DNA of 64,000 nucleotides from Octopus bimaculoides (taxonomy: Eukaryota), in the NCBI RefSeq assembly GCF_001194135.2, contig NC_069001.1:27132553-27196552 (forward strand). The letters are read 5' to 3'. The notes beneath the pieces are model-generated. The model worked only from the letters and a program-made list of their open reading frames with translations, was not told the DNA's origin and searched no databases. Below, in pieces: positions 28,085-40,408 of the stretch. The position numbers and the translations under genes were made by a program. How positions within the stretch are numbered: position 1 is the first letter of the stretch; every line of letters starts with the position of its first letter.

Positions 28085-28385
28085 TGTCTAACAATAGAAA
28101 ACACAGAGCGAGATGTCAAGAAAGCTACTCTCCGAGGCACAAGTCCAAGTAAGGTTGCTTTTGAAAGATCAGCAGTCGCCCATGCATACCAGCCTCGCCT
28201 CTCCACGCCACCGATATTATCCAAGAGAAAGGCAAAAGGCGATACAGCTTGGTACCAGTGACATTGCAACTCATTTCTACAAAAATAAAGTGTCTTGTTC
28301 AAGAACATAGTACGCAGCCTGGTCCGGGAATCGAACTCACTACTTTATGATTATGAGACCGACGATCTAACCACTGAGGAATGCA
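28085..28385 (-). mobile_element. SINE family C
   Basis: Same body as 17015; head complement GGGAATCGAACTCAC...CTAACCACTGAG. Confidence 0.8.
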
Positions 28386-28401
28386 TACACAAAAATGCAC
28401 G

Positions 28402-28441
<40 letters not shown>

Positions 28442-29475
28442 TTGGAATATCAGCTTATAAACGTCTCTCTCATCCCGAAGAAATTGTTTTATGAAAAATG
28501 TTTCCTCCACATAACATTTCAGACAGTGAACGGTGACTCGCGTAACGAGCCAGCAACAAAGGTTGGTGACAAGCTAGGCGTATCAACAGGAGACCGCCAT
28601 TTACTGTCTAGCTTTCTCTCAGAGTACATAACTGCTCGAATTCGACGTGTCTTGTCTTGAAGTCGAGAAATTCCTGACCCAACGCCTAAATTAGAAATCT
28701 CTATAACAACCATAGCCGTCGTCGTTGTTGGTGATGTCATCGTTGCAGCCTATTGATGACGCTGTCATTGCTGTTGCTGCTGCTGCTGCTGCTGTCATCG
28801 TCATTATACACGTTATGAAATTTTAAAGTCAAATGAATAAACAGGAACATTACGGACATCCGTATCGTGATGAGGAAGCCGTTTTAGTGCAGCTGCATTT
28901 GTTGTTTTTGATAAAAAGCTCTACATTTAATTTGAAGGGAAATGAATATAACTTGGCGGATCGGTAAAGTACTCAAAAATAATGTTGACAATACGCTTCA
29001 TATCACCAAGTATTACAATATGAACTCCATCAAGTTACTAACCTTTCAATGGTTCCGTCTATTATTATATAGTGTTGTATTAAATATCTACATTATTTCT
29101 GATGTAATGTAAACACAAAATCTGTGAACATTTCTGAATGAAGCTGATTTGAGTGCGCATGTGCAGGGATATATTCCGACTTATTTAACCAGAAGTCTGT
29201 GTGGCAGTATGCTTTGATACTTGACGAACGGCTGAGCTGTTGATTGAACAAATGGTTTTCTAGTGTAGTCTTACAAGGTTTAATTCAACTAGAGAAAAAT
29301 AAATAAATAACGTCAAGTGAATGAAAATAGCTCTCTCAAACGATGCCTCTCGTCTACTTCATGTCAGAATCCACTTGTAATTATTTTCGCTGCTAAAGGC
29401 TGAGTGTGTGAAAACAAACAAACAACAACAAAAACAATAATAATTATTATATTAATAATAATAACAACAACCCTT

Positions 29476-29919
29476 TTTACTGGAAGCACAAAGCCTCAAA
29501 TTTGGGGTATGGGGTTATGTTAATTAAATCGACCCCACTGCGCAACTGGCACTTATTTAATTGACCCCGAAAGAATGAAAGGCAGAATTTGAACTCAGAA
29601 CGTAGCGACAGACGAAATAGCGCCAAGCATTTCGCCCTGCGTGCTAACGATTCTGACAGCTCACCGTCTTAATAATAATAATAATAAGAAGAAGAATGGT
29701 TTCAGACTTTGGCACTAGGTCAGCAATTTCATGAGAGGGGGTTAAGGCGCTCACATCGACCCTAGTACGCAACTGCTACGTGCCGTATCGATCCCAAAAG
29801 GATGAAAAGCAAGGCCAACTTCGGGGGAATTTGATCTCAGAACATAAAGACGGGCGGAATGCCGCTAAGAATATTTGCCGGCGTGCTAAAGATCCAGCCA
29901 TTTCGCCGCCTTAGTGATG

Positions 29920-29953
<34 letters not shown>

Positions 29954-30620
29954 TAATAATTCCTTCTAGTGGAATCCCAAGGCCTCAGATTTGGGGAAGG
30001 GTTTAAGTCGATCACGTCGATCCCAGTGCGTAACTTGTACTTAATTTATCGACCCTGAATGGATGAAAAGCATAGTCGACCTCAGCAGTATTTGAACTCA
30101 GAATGTAAAGATAGACGAAATGCCGCTGAGCATTTTGTCCAACGTCCTAACTATTCTGCCTGCTCACCGCCTTAATAATAATAGTAATAATATTAATAAT
30201 AATAATAATTATTATTATTATCATTATTATTATTATTATAGTAATAATAATAATAATGGTTTCAAATTTTGACACAAGGACAGCAATTTTAGGGGAAGGC
30301 AGTAGTCGTTTACATCGACGCTATTGTTTCAATTATATCGACCCCGAACGGATGAAGGGCAAAGTCGACCTCGACGGAATTTGAACTCAGTATGTAGCGA
30401 TGGGCGAAATACTGCTAAGCATTTCATCCAGCGCGCTAACGGTTCTGCCAGATTGCCTCCTTAATACCATTAATAATAGTATTAGTAACTATTAGTAATT
30501 TAATCACATGATCGGGAATTTAATAACGTCGACCCAACACCTCACTGGTACTGTATCGGCGCCAAAATGATGAAAGGCAGAATTGATTTCGGCAGGATTT
30601 GAACTCAGAAAATAAAGGCC
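29476..30620 (-). mobile_element. Head-to-tail array of five diverged family A SINE copies, mostly separated by (AAT)n
   Basis: Core ATCGACCCC..AA.GATGAA.GGCA and TTTGAACTCAG repeat at about 29560, 29780, 30050, 30340 and 30570. The first four copies end in a head-like ...(C)GCC(T/G)..TTA followed by an AAT-rich run; the fifth is truncated. Confidence 0.9.
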
Positions 30621-31346
30621 GGTACAAATTCAAGCAAATCTAACAAAACACTCTATGAGACACGATCTAAATGACTCGTTGCAGATATTTCCTCTCCACG
30701 CTGACGCTTTGCTAATAAGAATGATTTCTGTTACTTATTGCCGTTAAGACAGAAGTGAATGTACAAGGGAAATGCATACTAGGTGGGTGTAATCTGGGTG
30801 TGGAACCGTTAAACAGATTATATGCATGATTTAATGAAATGACTCTAGCGTGTTTCAGTCTCATTAGATATGATGTGTGTGTTTAAAGCAGAAATTACAG
30901 AAATATGTATAATATACGATAGTTCTTATCTGGGACAATATGAGGAAAGGTTAATTCACATGAATGAAAAGACTGAGAGACAGACAGAAAGACAGACAGA
31001 GACAGACAGAAAGACAGACAGAGACAGGAACAGGGAAACAGAGACGGAGAGGTGGTGAGGCAAACCAAAGAATGGGGAAAAGTAATGAGAGTAAATACTA
31101 AAAGATACGTTAATATACGTATGTTTGGACGTTTGTGAGAGAGAAAGCTTGAGAATGAATTACGGGAATTTGTATTAGGCACACACGCGCGCACACATGC
31201 ACATTCACATTCACACACATACACACACACGCACACATATATATACACTCAAACACACCGATACACAATGACACGCACACATACACATGTACGTAACACA
31301 GAGTAAGAGAGAGGATTTGGAATAAGAAAACAGATAGATAGATAGA

Positions 31347-31386
<40 letters not shown>

Positions 31387-32189
31387 GTTGTAAGAGACCG
31401 TACAACAGGAAGAAGCAAGGAAGCTGAATGAATATTGTGAGACATTTACGAAATAAAGAAATGGTACGTGATTCGTTCCGGCGCCAAGCCTTATTTGATA
31501 TGATTACACAAACTTTGTAATTCGACTTGGGAAATATGAGATTTTACTAGATGTTACTAGATATAACACACTTCGTGACTAATTAAGAGATCATTATTAG
31601 TATTTACGGATTACTGCTGTGAAAAACAACATTGCTAATGTATGATAGTTGCACGCAACACTCTTACGATTTACACACGAGATAACAACCTCGTCTTGCA
31701 GACAAAGACTATTGCAAACACAGAAATCAATACCCATCTGCTGTCTGTTAGTTTATTTCATGTTATCACGTAATACAATTTTTTTGTTAACACAACAAAA
31801 TGATTTAAATCTTTCAAATGTTATGAAAAAAAAAAAAAATCTTGTACTGACATTTTTCTTCGTTTCTAAGGATTTTTTTCCCCTTCCTTCCCTATTTGCG
31901 TCGTTCACACCTACATGTAGTAATCCTCGAACGCATACACGTACACACGCGTGCGTATATGTATGTGAATAAGACTTGTATGCGTGTTTATATGTTAATG
32001 TGCGTGTGTGTGTCTGTGTGTGTGTGTGTGTTACATTAAAAATGAAATATCAAATACTTCATTCTTGGAAATTCAGTCACTACGAATGATTTCCTTTAAG
32101 GAAAATTACCCTTTTCTAATAGTACTGTTAGTATTTGCAGGAGCGATAACTGAGGATCCAAATTGGATTTATTAAACCCGTTGAACCTG

Positions 32190-32224
<35 letters not shown>

Positions 32225-32242
<18 letters not shown>

Positions 32243-32458
32243 ATTTTTTTATTGCCCACAAGGTGCTAAACATAGAGCGAACAAAGGGATTAAGTCGATT
32301 ACATCAACCCCAGTGTGTAACTGGTACTTAATTTATCGACCCCAAAAGGATGATAGGCAAAGTCAACCTCGGCGGAATTTGAACTCAGAACGTAACGGCA
32401 GACGAAACACCACGAAGCATTTCGCCCAGCGTGCTAACGTTTCTTATAGCTCGCCGCC

Positions 32459-32460
<2 letters not shown>
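32225..32460 (-). mobile_element. SINE family A monomer (tail type 2) inserted in (TATC)n
   Basis: Complete head CTCGCCGCCTT at ~32450, tail ATTGCCCACAAGG at 32241, TATC repeats on both sides. Confidence 0.9.
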
Positions 32461-32492
<32 letters not shown>

Positions 32493-32689
32493 GTTTATTT
32501 ATTCATCTATTTATCTCTTTGTGTATGACTGTCTCTCTATCATTGCGTGTGTGTATGTGTGTGTGCGGCGCGCGCACATGATAAGATCTTCGGGTTAATT
32601 TTCTCAGTTTGTATCAAAGGGAAAGAAAAATACGATATCCCACCCGAAATTAAAAGTATTTTAAAACTAAAACAATATCAACTAGATTA

Positions 32690-33010
32690 TGGGTTACTCA
32701 GAAGAACCGTCCTAGGCTACCGCCACGGCCACAAGATGACTCAGGTGCTTAGCGCATACATTCCTCTTCGGACACCATCTTGGTCTTGACCACCAGATCG
32801 GCCTTAGTGTTGTTGTCAGAACGGTTTGTGTCTTACTCAACTGCACCCTCTGTCAACCTGATCCCTAGTAATCCATGGGTTTAAAATCATTGGGATTAGA
32901 AAGACAGAAAGTGAGGCTAATGCAGTCGTAGAAGTTCCTCGACGACCACTTCTGACTCTCTCCGGATGTATATCAAGTAGCCAAATGCTGATGCCATACA
33001 TATCAGAGCA
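32690..33010 (-). mobile_element. Tc1/mariner superfamily (maT/DD37D-like) transposase C-terminal remnant
   Basis: Minus-strand frame VWHQHLAT*YTSGESQKWSSRNFYDCISLTFCLSNPNDFKPMDY* aligns by eye to VWQQDSAPCHTS..SQKWL..NF.DF....WPPNSPDLNPMDY. There are 37 residues between the (mutated) second D position and the D of PMDY. Confidence 0.65.
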
Positions 33011-33206
33011 AAAAGAAGGTAGAAAAATTCTTCTAAAAATACTCCCAATTCGCTGCTTTCGTTTATGCTTGTTGGCTAAAAGAATCCAATGAAATAAAAA
33101 CAAGTAACTTTTAATTGACTAAACAGGGGTCGATTCACATCAACAACAGCACATTTCTATTTCTATCAATATCATTCTCACTTATAATGTTTATTATATT
33201 TTTCAG

Positions 33207-33359
33207 ACTGAAACTGCCCTTATGTACGATGCAGTTTACTTGTTTGCCAAAGCGTTGCATCAAGTAGCTGCAGCTCGTGATATCAATACAATGGCTCTAT
33301 CTTGCACCAAACAGAACACTTGGAATCATGGAAACAGCGTACTTAATTATATGAAAACG
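33207..33359 (+). CDS. GRIK: Internal coding exon of the kainate-type iGluR: TETALMYDAVYLFAKALHQVAAARDINTMALSCTKQNTWNHGNSVLNYMKT
   Basis: Acceptor atatttttcag at 33206, donor GTGAGA at 33360, 153 nt, phase 0/0. Contains the ALMYDAV motif, the LSC cysteine and WxxG, matching GluK2 TDAALMYDAV...LQC...W.FG from memory. Not in the ORF track because it has no 60-aa ATG ORF. Confidence 0.96.
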
Positions 33360-33603
33360 GTGAGATAGTTTATATGTATTTCATGTGACTGCATACTTTT
33401 CTTTCTAGTTTGCTCCGTATTTGAACTCATCTATTGCTACACATTTACAAATATACATACATACACAGTCTCTTACACCATCATATATGTGAACACACAC
33501 ACACACACACACACACATGCTTACATACATATATAAGTACATAAATACATATATGTATGTTTCCAACATTTTTCTTTCTTTATATTTTGTACTCATATGG
33601 AAC

Positions 33604-33662
<59 letters not shown>

Positions 33663-34556
33663 GCACGCATACACACATGTACATACATGCATACATATAC
33701 ATATATATATACATATAGTCCAAGAAAGTTAGGGGTTGTGAATCCAACCCACTAAGGGATAATATTTATCCAATATACTGCCGGAAGGATACCCAATTAT
33801 TATTACGCTAGTGTTTTTACCAAGTGCAATAAATGTGTGCGGGTAAAAGGACATTTTACCCTTAATTTACATAGCAATAAGAAAATGGAGGGGAATATGT
33901 GGTACTCATCAATTTGCAGACATTGCATTATGTCAATTTACCTGTTTATTTTTCAACTAAGAGGACAATAAAAACAATATACAAACACACTAGTGACCGA
34001 AATGTCATTCACAAAGCTTTCCTTGCTCCGGAAGAAGTAGTAGAAGAGATTTGCGCAAGTACCTACACAGTGGGACTGAACCACGTGCTTTTTATCACAC
34101 ATCTACACCTGCGCTTACGTATGTGTGTGTTTGTTTGTTTTTTTGTTTGTTTGTTTCTTTGTTTATTTGTCTGTGTGTGTGTGTGAGTGTTTGTGTTTTC
34201 TCCACACTACAAAACAAACGCTGTTTGTCTACGTCCTTTCAACTAAGAAAACAGTAACACTACCGTCGATTTTTTTTTCGACCAAATTGGTACCTTAGTA
34301 TGACATTAGTCCCATAACTGAAAGGAGTAAAAGAATAAGAGAATAATAACGGCAAATTTAATTTTCTATAAGACAGCGATCCTATGCCTCAACAGTTTAT
34401 ATACTCAATGAGTTCGAAGTTCTTCTGGTTCAACATTAAGTTACTACCGACAGAACTGTTAGAATTTTCTAGATACTACAATGTTGATTGGTTCTCAGCA
34501 ATATTGCACCAATGACAAAATTACCATTATCCAGTATACCTTAAGAGAAGATATGG

Positions 34557-34574
34557 TTAGGGTTAGGGTTAGGG
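34557..34574 (+). repeat. (TTAGGG)3 interstitial telomere-like hexamers
   Basis: Three perfect copies; too short to imply telomeric origin. Confidence 0.5.
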
Positions 34575-35640
34575 TAATGGTTTACTATCTGTCGCATTTC
34601 AGCCACTACATAGTAGTATTGTCATTGATACCCAGTAGATCGAAGAGACGGTAATAGTTGTCTGCTCCAAACCACACTAAGAATGAAGCAATGGTTACTC
34701 TTAAACTGCTTCGTTTCACTCCTTCAGTGTGTCGGACATGGTTAACAATACATACTATACTCTGGATGTATTTTTCTTGAATTATTATTTGGTGATCCGA
34801 TGATTAGTATTTACTAATTAAAAAAAAATAATAGTAATACTCATATATCAAAATCACAGTAAAATCGAAGACAACTAATGATGATTGTCGCCAAGCATAA
34901 CGAAAGTTGGGCAAAACGTCTTCACTTGCTGAAAGAAGCCTAAAATATTTCACTTAAGCAAATCGTTCATTTATCTTTTATAAAGTTAAAGACAGACAAG
35001 ACCGAATTTAGGAACGAGAAGCCATAAATGCTGAAATTTAAAGCGGTCTTATTTTGAAGGATTTAACAGAGAATAAAATTCTGCAACAACTGAAAACGGC
35101 AAATGAAATCTGTGAATGATCATTTTCTTTTCCTAGCAATTAGGTTTCATTTATTAATTAAGATAATTGGAGTAAAGCAGTATTTCAGTGCAACTTCAAG
35201 TGAAAAAAAAAGTAACAAAACAATTGTCAGTTTTTGAAAGAAACCCTAAAGTGTTATGATTATATCTGACTCTCTTTAAGAGAATAGCGAACGAGTAACA
35301 AAAAGAAATTGAGACGTATTCAATGAGGTGAACGGAAATTTGTTGGTACATATTCATTTGAGAAGAAGACGGATGAAATAGTAATTATGCTACAGGCACA
35401 ACAATTTCTTGAAAAGTTCTCTAGAAAATTATTCAAACCACTATCTGGAGTTAAAAAGGATTTTGAAGGAAATATTTCATAAAGTGTATATACTGTGAAA
35501 ATACTGGAAAATATATTCTGCAGAGTAGTAATAAGAAAATAATAGAATGTAAAATGTTTTGGCATTAGTTATTCACTATTACACGCTTTTCATTTAGTAA
35601 TAGGAATTACAAAATTGTACATATAGTTGAAATCATGTAA

Positions 35641-35741
35641 GATATCTCCTATTAAAATTCCTTCAGACAGAGAATCAAACAGAGAAGCAAAAACTACAAT
35701 TATTTGATTCTCTGTCTGAAGAATTTCGAATGGGAGATATC
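35641..35741. repeat. Short inverted repeat, 39 bp arms and 23 nt loop
   Basis: GATATCTCCTATTAAAATTCCTTCAGACAGAGAATCAAA ... TTTGATTCTCTGTCTGAAGAATTTCGAATGGGAGATATC. Confidence 0.85.
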
Positions 35742-36802
35742 TTTCCTGTTTTCTAATACATTGTACAATTGAAACAATTGTGCAACGCTTGTTAGGTGAT
35801 GAAACACCTGTAACGGTAAATAAATAATACCAAAAGAAATTCCAATCTTCTGTTTTGATATATATATATATATACATATACATATTTGTTTTGCAAAACA
35901 CACACACACATGAACAAATAAATAANNNNNNNNNNNNNNNNNNNNNNNNNNNNNNNNNNNNNNNNNNNNNNNNNNNNNNNNNNNNNNNNNNNNNNNNNNN
36001 NNNNNNNNNNNNNNNNNNNNNNNNNNNNNNNNNNNNNNNNNNNNNNNNNNNNNNNNNNNNNNNNNNNNNNNNNNNNNNNNNNNNNNNNNNNNNNNNNNNN
36101 NNNNNNNNNNNNNNNNNNNNNNNNNNNNNNNNNNNNNNNNNNNNNNNNNNNNNNNNNNNNNNNNNNNNNNNNNNNNNNNNNNNNNNNNNNNNNNNNNNNN
36201 NNNNNNNNNNNNNNNNNNNNNNNNNNNNNNNNNNNNNNNNNNNNNNNNNNNNNNNNNNNNNNNNNNNNNNNNNNNNNNNNNNNNNNNNNNNNNNNNNNNN
36301 NNNNNNNNNNNNNNNNNNNNNNNNNNNNNNNNNNNNNNNNNNNNNNNNNNNNNNNNNNNNNNNNNNNNNNNNNNNNNNNNNNNNNNNNNNNNNNNNNNNN
36401 NNNNNNNNNNNNNNNNNNNNNNNNNNNNNNNNNNNNNNNNNNNNNNNNNNNNNNNNNNNNNNNNNNNNNNNNNNNNNNNNNNNNNNNNNNNNNNNNNNNN
36501 NNNNNNNNNNNNNNNNNNNNNNNNNNNNNNNNNNNNNNNNNNNNNNNNNNNNNNNNNNNNNNNNNNNNNNNNNNNNNNNNNNNNNNNNNNNNNNNNNNNN
36601 NNNNNNNNNNNNNNNNNNNNNNNNNNNNNNNNNNNNNNNNNNNNNNNNNNNNNNNNNNNNNNNNNNNNNNNNNNNNNNNNNNNNNNNNNNNNNNNNNNNN
36701 NNNNNNNNNNNNNNNNNNNNNNNNNNNNNNNNNNNNNNNNNNNNNNNNNNNNNNNNNNNNNNNNNNNNNNNNNNNNNNNNNNNNNNNNNNNNNNNNNNNN
36801 NN

Positions 36803-36840
<38 letters not shown>

Positions 36841-36966
36841 ATTTGTATGTTGTGTGTGTGTGTGTATTCTCTTTACTGAATAACGATTCTAATGGCACTG
36901 TTTATTTGACATTGAACGTCAAATTAGACGCGTTTTTCAAGGTATTGTTGTTTTTTCTATTTATAG

Positions 36967-37071
36967 GTAGTTTTCGACGGATTATCGGGCAGAGTAATGT
37001 TCGATCATAAAGGAGAGAGATCAGATTTTTCCTTGAATGTTTTGAAGTTAAAAGAACAAGGTTTGTCAAAG
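36967..37071 (+). CDS. GRIK: Internal coding exon of the kainate-type iGluR: VVFDGLSGRVMFDHKGERSDFSLNVLKLKEQGLSK
   Basis: Acceptor ttttttctatttatag at 36966, donor GTGAGT at 37072, 105 nt, phase 0/0. Matches the GLTG.I.F...G.R.DF.L.V..L.E.GL.K motif of iGluR ATDs. Confidence 0.96.
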
Positions 37072-37204
37072 GTGAGTGGTACTTTGTTTCTAAGTGCTTC
37101 GATAAAATTCCATTTTTATTCATATGACAGCATGAAAATCACTCATAGATATATACATGCATTAAATTCATACGCACACAAACATACACGCTCACACACA
37201 CACA

Positions 37205-37339
<135 letters not shown>

Positions 37340-38380
37340 TCACTCTCACACACACAGCAGCGTGGATAATTCTGTGCTGATATTCATATATGAATATGGG
37401 TGTGTGTGTGTGTGTGTTTGTGTAAGAGAAGTAGAGAGAGACTCGCATATATACAGACATCGATTAAAGCATCCTTCTGAAATTACATTTAGATAATGAG
37501 ATTGTTTCATATTCTCTTATTTTGCTATCGTAGCTTAAAGAGTTGATCGCTCATTCTTGTTTGTCCTAGCCTACATAATATATTCTTTATTATTATTTTT
37601 CATTTTGTTTTGGTCTTTTACTTTACATTTTTACTGTGTTATGCGTATTCCGTTCCTTATTAATAAATCGTATACGTGTGCTGATAATTCTTTGCAGAAT
37701 ATTTATGTTTGTTATTAAATCTTTGCTATCTAACCTTGTTCTCTGCTGTATCAAATATTGTATTACAAATGTTTCATGCTGTATGTGCATGGTGTGTTGG
37801 TCGAAGTATGTCATTCATGCCTAACCAATATTACAGTTGTAGTCATGAAGTTAACAACGTTCATATTTGCGATCGAATTTGTAAAACATTCTTCATTAAT
37901 GATCTACACACGGTCTTACAGGAATTTGGCAACTTTGACTGTGTACCAGATTTCCTAATATACATAATGTCAATGATGAAATCCTTCGTCTGAACAGCAT
38001 TTAAATTCTTTTTCACAAATGATGTAGTAGATATAGTACATTACAAAACAAAAGAAACACCAGGCAGTACAGTCATTCATAGAAGCTAACACTTGCAGAC
38101 ACTAGAACAATATGAATACAAGTACGACACAAATACATCAGCAGCATCGGTTAAAAATACACAAACCAATACACAAAGCGTGTTCCATGCATCCAATACA
38201 TATTAACTATAGGATAGATGGACAGGTTACCAACATATATATATGAAGCAGGAGACAAGCTTCATTACACTAAACCATAATCTAACGCTAATAAAAGATT
38301 ACAAGCTATTAATGATCAATGTAATTTTCAAATTCTGTTGTGAAAGTAAAATAAAAGTCATAAACTCCACGACTCCAATT

Positions 38381-38431
<51 letters not shown>

Positions 38432-38487
38432 GCAAGTTGGTGAGTGCCTGTATATGAACATACATACATATAGATATATATACATAC

Positions 38488-38537
<50 letters not shown>

Positions 38538-40000
38538 ATGAACAAAAATTAAAGTGTTCGTCATCAATTAGGGTACATAATATATCAGTAAATTTGCATA
38601 CGATTTTAATTATCATCAATAATAAAATTTCATGTTTATAAAAATATATATGTATGTGTGTATGCCCGCGTGCGTGTGTATGTTAATGGGCTTAAGATCG
38701 TGTCAGGTAGTATTGATTTGTATGTTCAGGGAAGACATTTTATGGTGAGAGAAAATATATTTAATTTTTATGGCAGCTCTGAGCATAAAAGCCTGAAAGT
38801 CCGAAGAATGCAAAAGCATTCTTAATTCTTATTCAAGGTGATGAGAATTAAGGTCGTGAAGAAAAGAATCTAACAAGGTCAAACTTTTATTGAAATATCA
38901 TTCACGTTGTTTTACGTTGGATTTTGTTTTGTTCGATCGTAATTTTATTTCCTTGTTAATTTAACTCGTATTTGGATGGACAAGTCACATTCACGTATAT
39001 CTTAAAAGTATTTCCGAGGTCGGACCCTGAATGATATATATTATGTGGTAGAACAGGGCCCTTAAGTTACAAGCACCAATCCAGTTGATGTTCACCCACA
39101 GCACACGTAATTCACCGGGATACGGAAACACCGAGGCAGCGTGATTGCTTGACATCACTTCATGTCACCTCAGTCAATGCTATCATGAACCGACCAATCT
39201 CATAAGAGCACAAGCTTCAAATTATTGACCACACTGTGTGTTGATAGATATGCATGATATTTTCACAAACTCATTTTAGAATGATAAAGTTTGTAGCACT
39301 AAGGCTGTAATTATTTGCCACTCTTTATATACAGTATATCTGTTAATTTTATATAAGCCAAACGACTGGGAGATAGAAATATTACTTTTAAATCATGTTC
39401 GCGATTTGGAAGTATCTCTGATAGATCTCTCGAACTCCGATTTATCTCTTTAAGTAGATTAAAATGCTGTAGCCTCCGTCAGAGAGTTTTGAAAACAAAT
39501 TTTGAAATCTGACAGAATTTAAACTTCTTGCGCTCTTGCACTTGTCAACTGTGATATTTCTGTAGGAAATGCCTGTGACATGAAGTATTAATTATCCAGC
39601 ATAGAATGACGACATGTAGATAGATGTACGTACCTGCTAGCTAAATTTCATGACAAGACTTTCTATAATCGTTAGAATCATGCAACACTGTCTGTAAAAC
39701 TGTATCTAAGAAGTTTCAACAGAATTATCTAGGTTACGCTACTTCGTGTTTTTAGGTGAAATGTCTGAGCTCATACGATATATACTGCGTTAAAAACTAT
39801 TATTTTTGTTCGTGAAGCTTCATTAAAGAAGTTCTTCTTCTGTGTATTTCTCAAAATTTTATTTGTAAATCGGTAAAGAGTAAATCTAAGGTTTATATAA
39901 GGACATACACTAACGATGACTTCATGGAAATTGATAACAGAAACCAAGAACTTACATTATTTATATTTGACGGATATTTGTCCACATCTTGTTTGTGGTT

Positions 40001-40046
40001 AACACAACCTTTCGGCTGATATACTCTCCAGCCTTCGTCAGGTGTC
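40001..40046 (-). ncRNA. Minimal type I hammerhead ribozyme motif (opposite arm)
   Basis: Minus strand GACAC-CTGACGA-A-GGCTG-gagagtatat-CAGCC-GAA-AGGT-T-GTGTT. Perfect stem II; stem III palindrome broken (AGGT). Confidence 0.65.
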
Positions 40047-40362
40047 TTGGGGAAATTTCGAACCTGGACTCTCGGTCCTAAAGTATATTTTGATGTTGTT
40101 GTTGTTGTTGTTGTTGTTATTATTATTATTATAATTATTATTCAGGTCACTGTCTGGAATCTAACTCGGAATCTTGGAGTTAGTAGCCCGCGCTCTTAAC
40201 CAGTATGCCATATGCCCGTGGGCGTAGTGGTTAAGAGCGCGGGCTGCTAAACTCAAGATTCCGAGTTCGATTCCAGGCAGTGACCTGAATAATAATAATA
40301 ATAATAATAACAACATCGAAAAATACCTTAGGAATGAGAACCCAGGTTCGAAATTTCCCTAA

Positions 40363-40408
40363 GACACCTGATGAAGGTTGGAGGGTATATCAGCCGAAAT
40401 GTTGTGTT
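40363..40408 (+). ncRNA. Minimal type I hammerhead ribozyme motif
   Basis: GACAC-CTGATGA-A-GGTTG-gagggtatat-CAGCC-GAA-ATGT-T-GTGTT. Stem I GACAC/GTGTT, intact CUGAUGA and GAAA, 5 bp stem II, stem III ATGT (CpG-decayed ACGT), predicted cut after 40403 (GUU). Confidence 0.7.

Noticed and set aside
32837-33103. Track ORF read as an RTE LINE tail (HPERVRSGRRGT)
   Set aside because: Another minus-strand frame gives a much better Tc1/mariner DD37D match.
40221-40290. Functional tRNA gene
   Set aside because: A and B boxes are present but there is no acceptor-stem pairing or proper cloverleaf. It is the head of the palindromic repeat.
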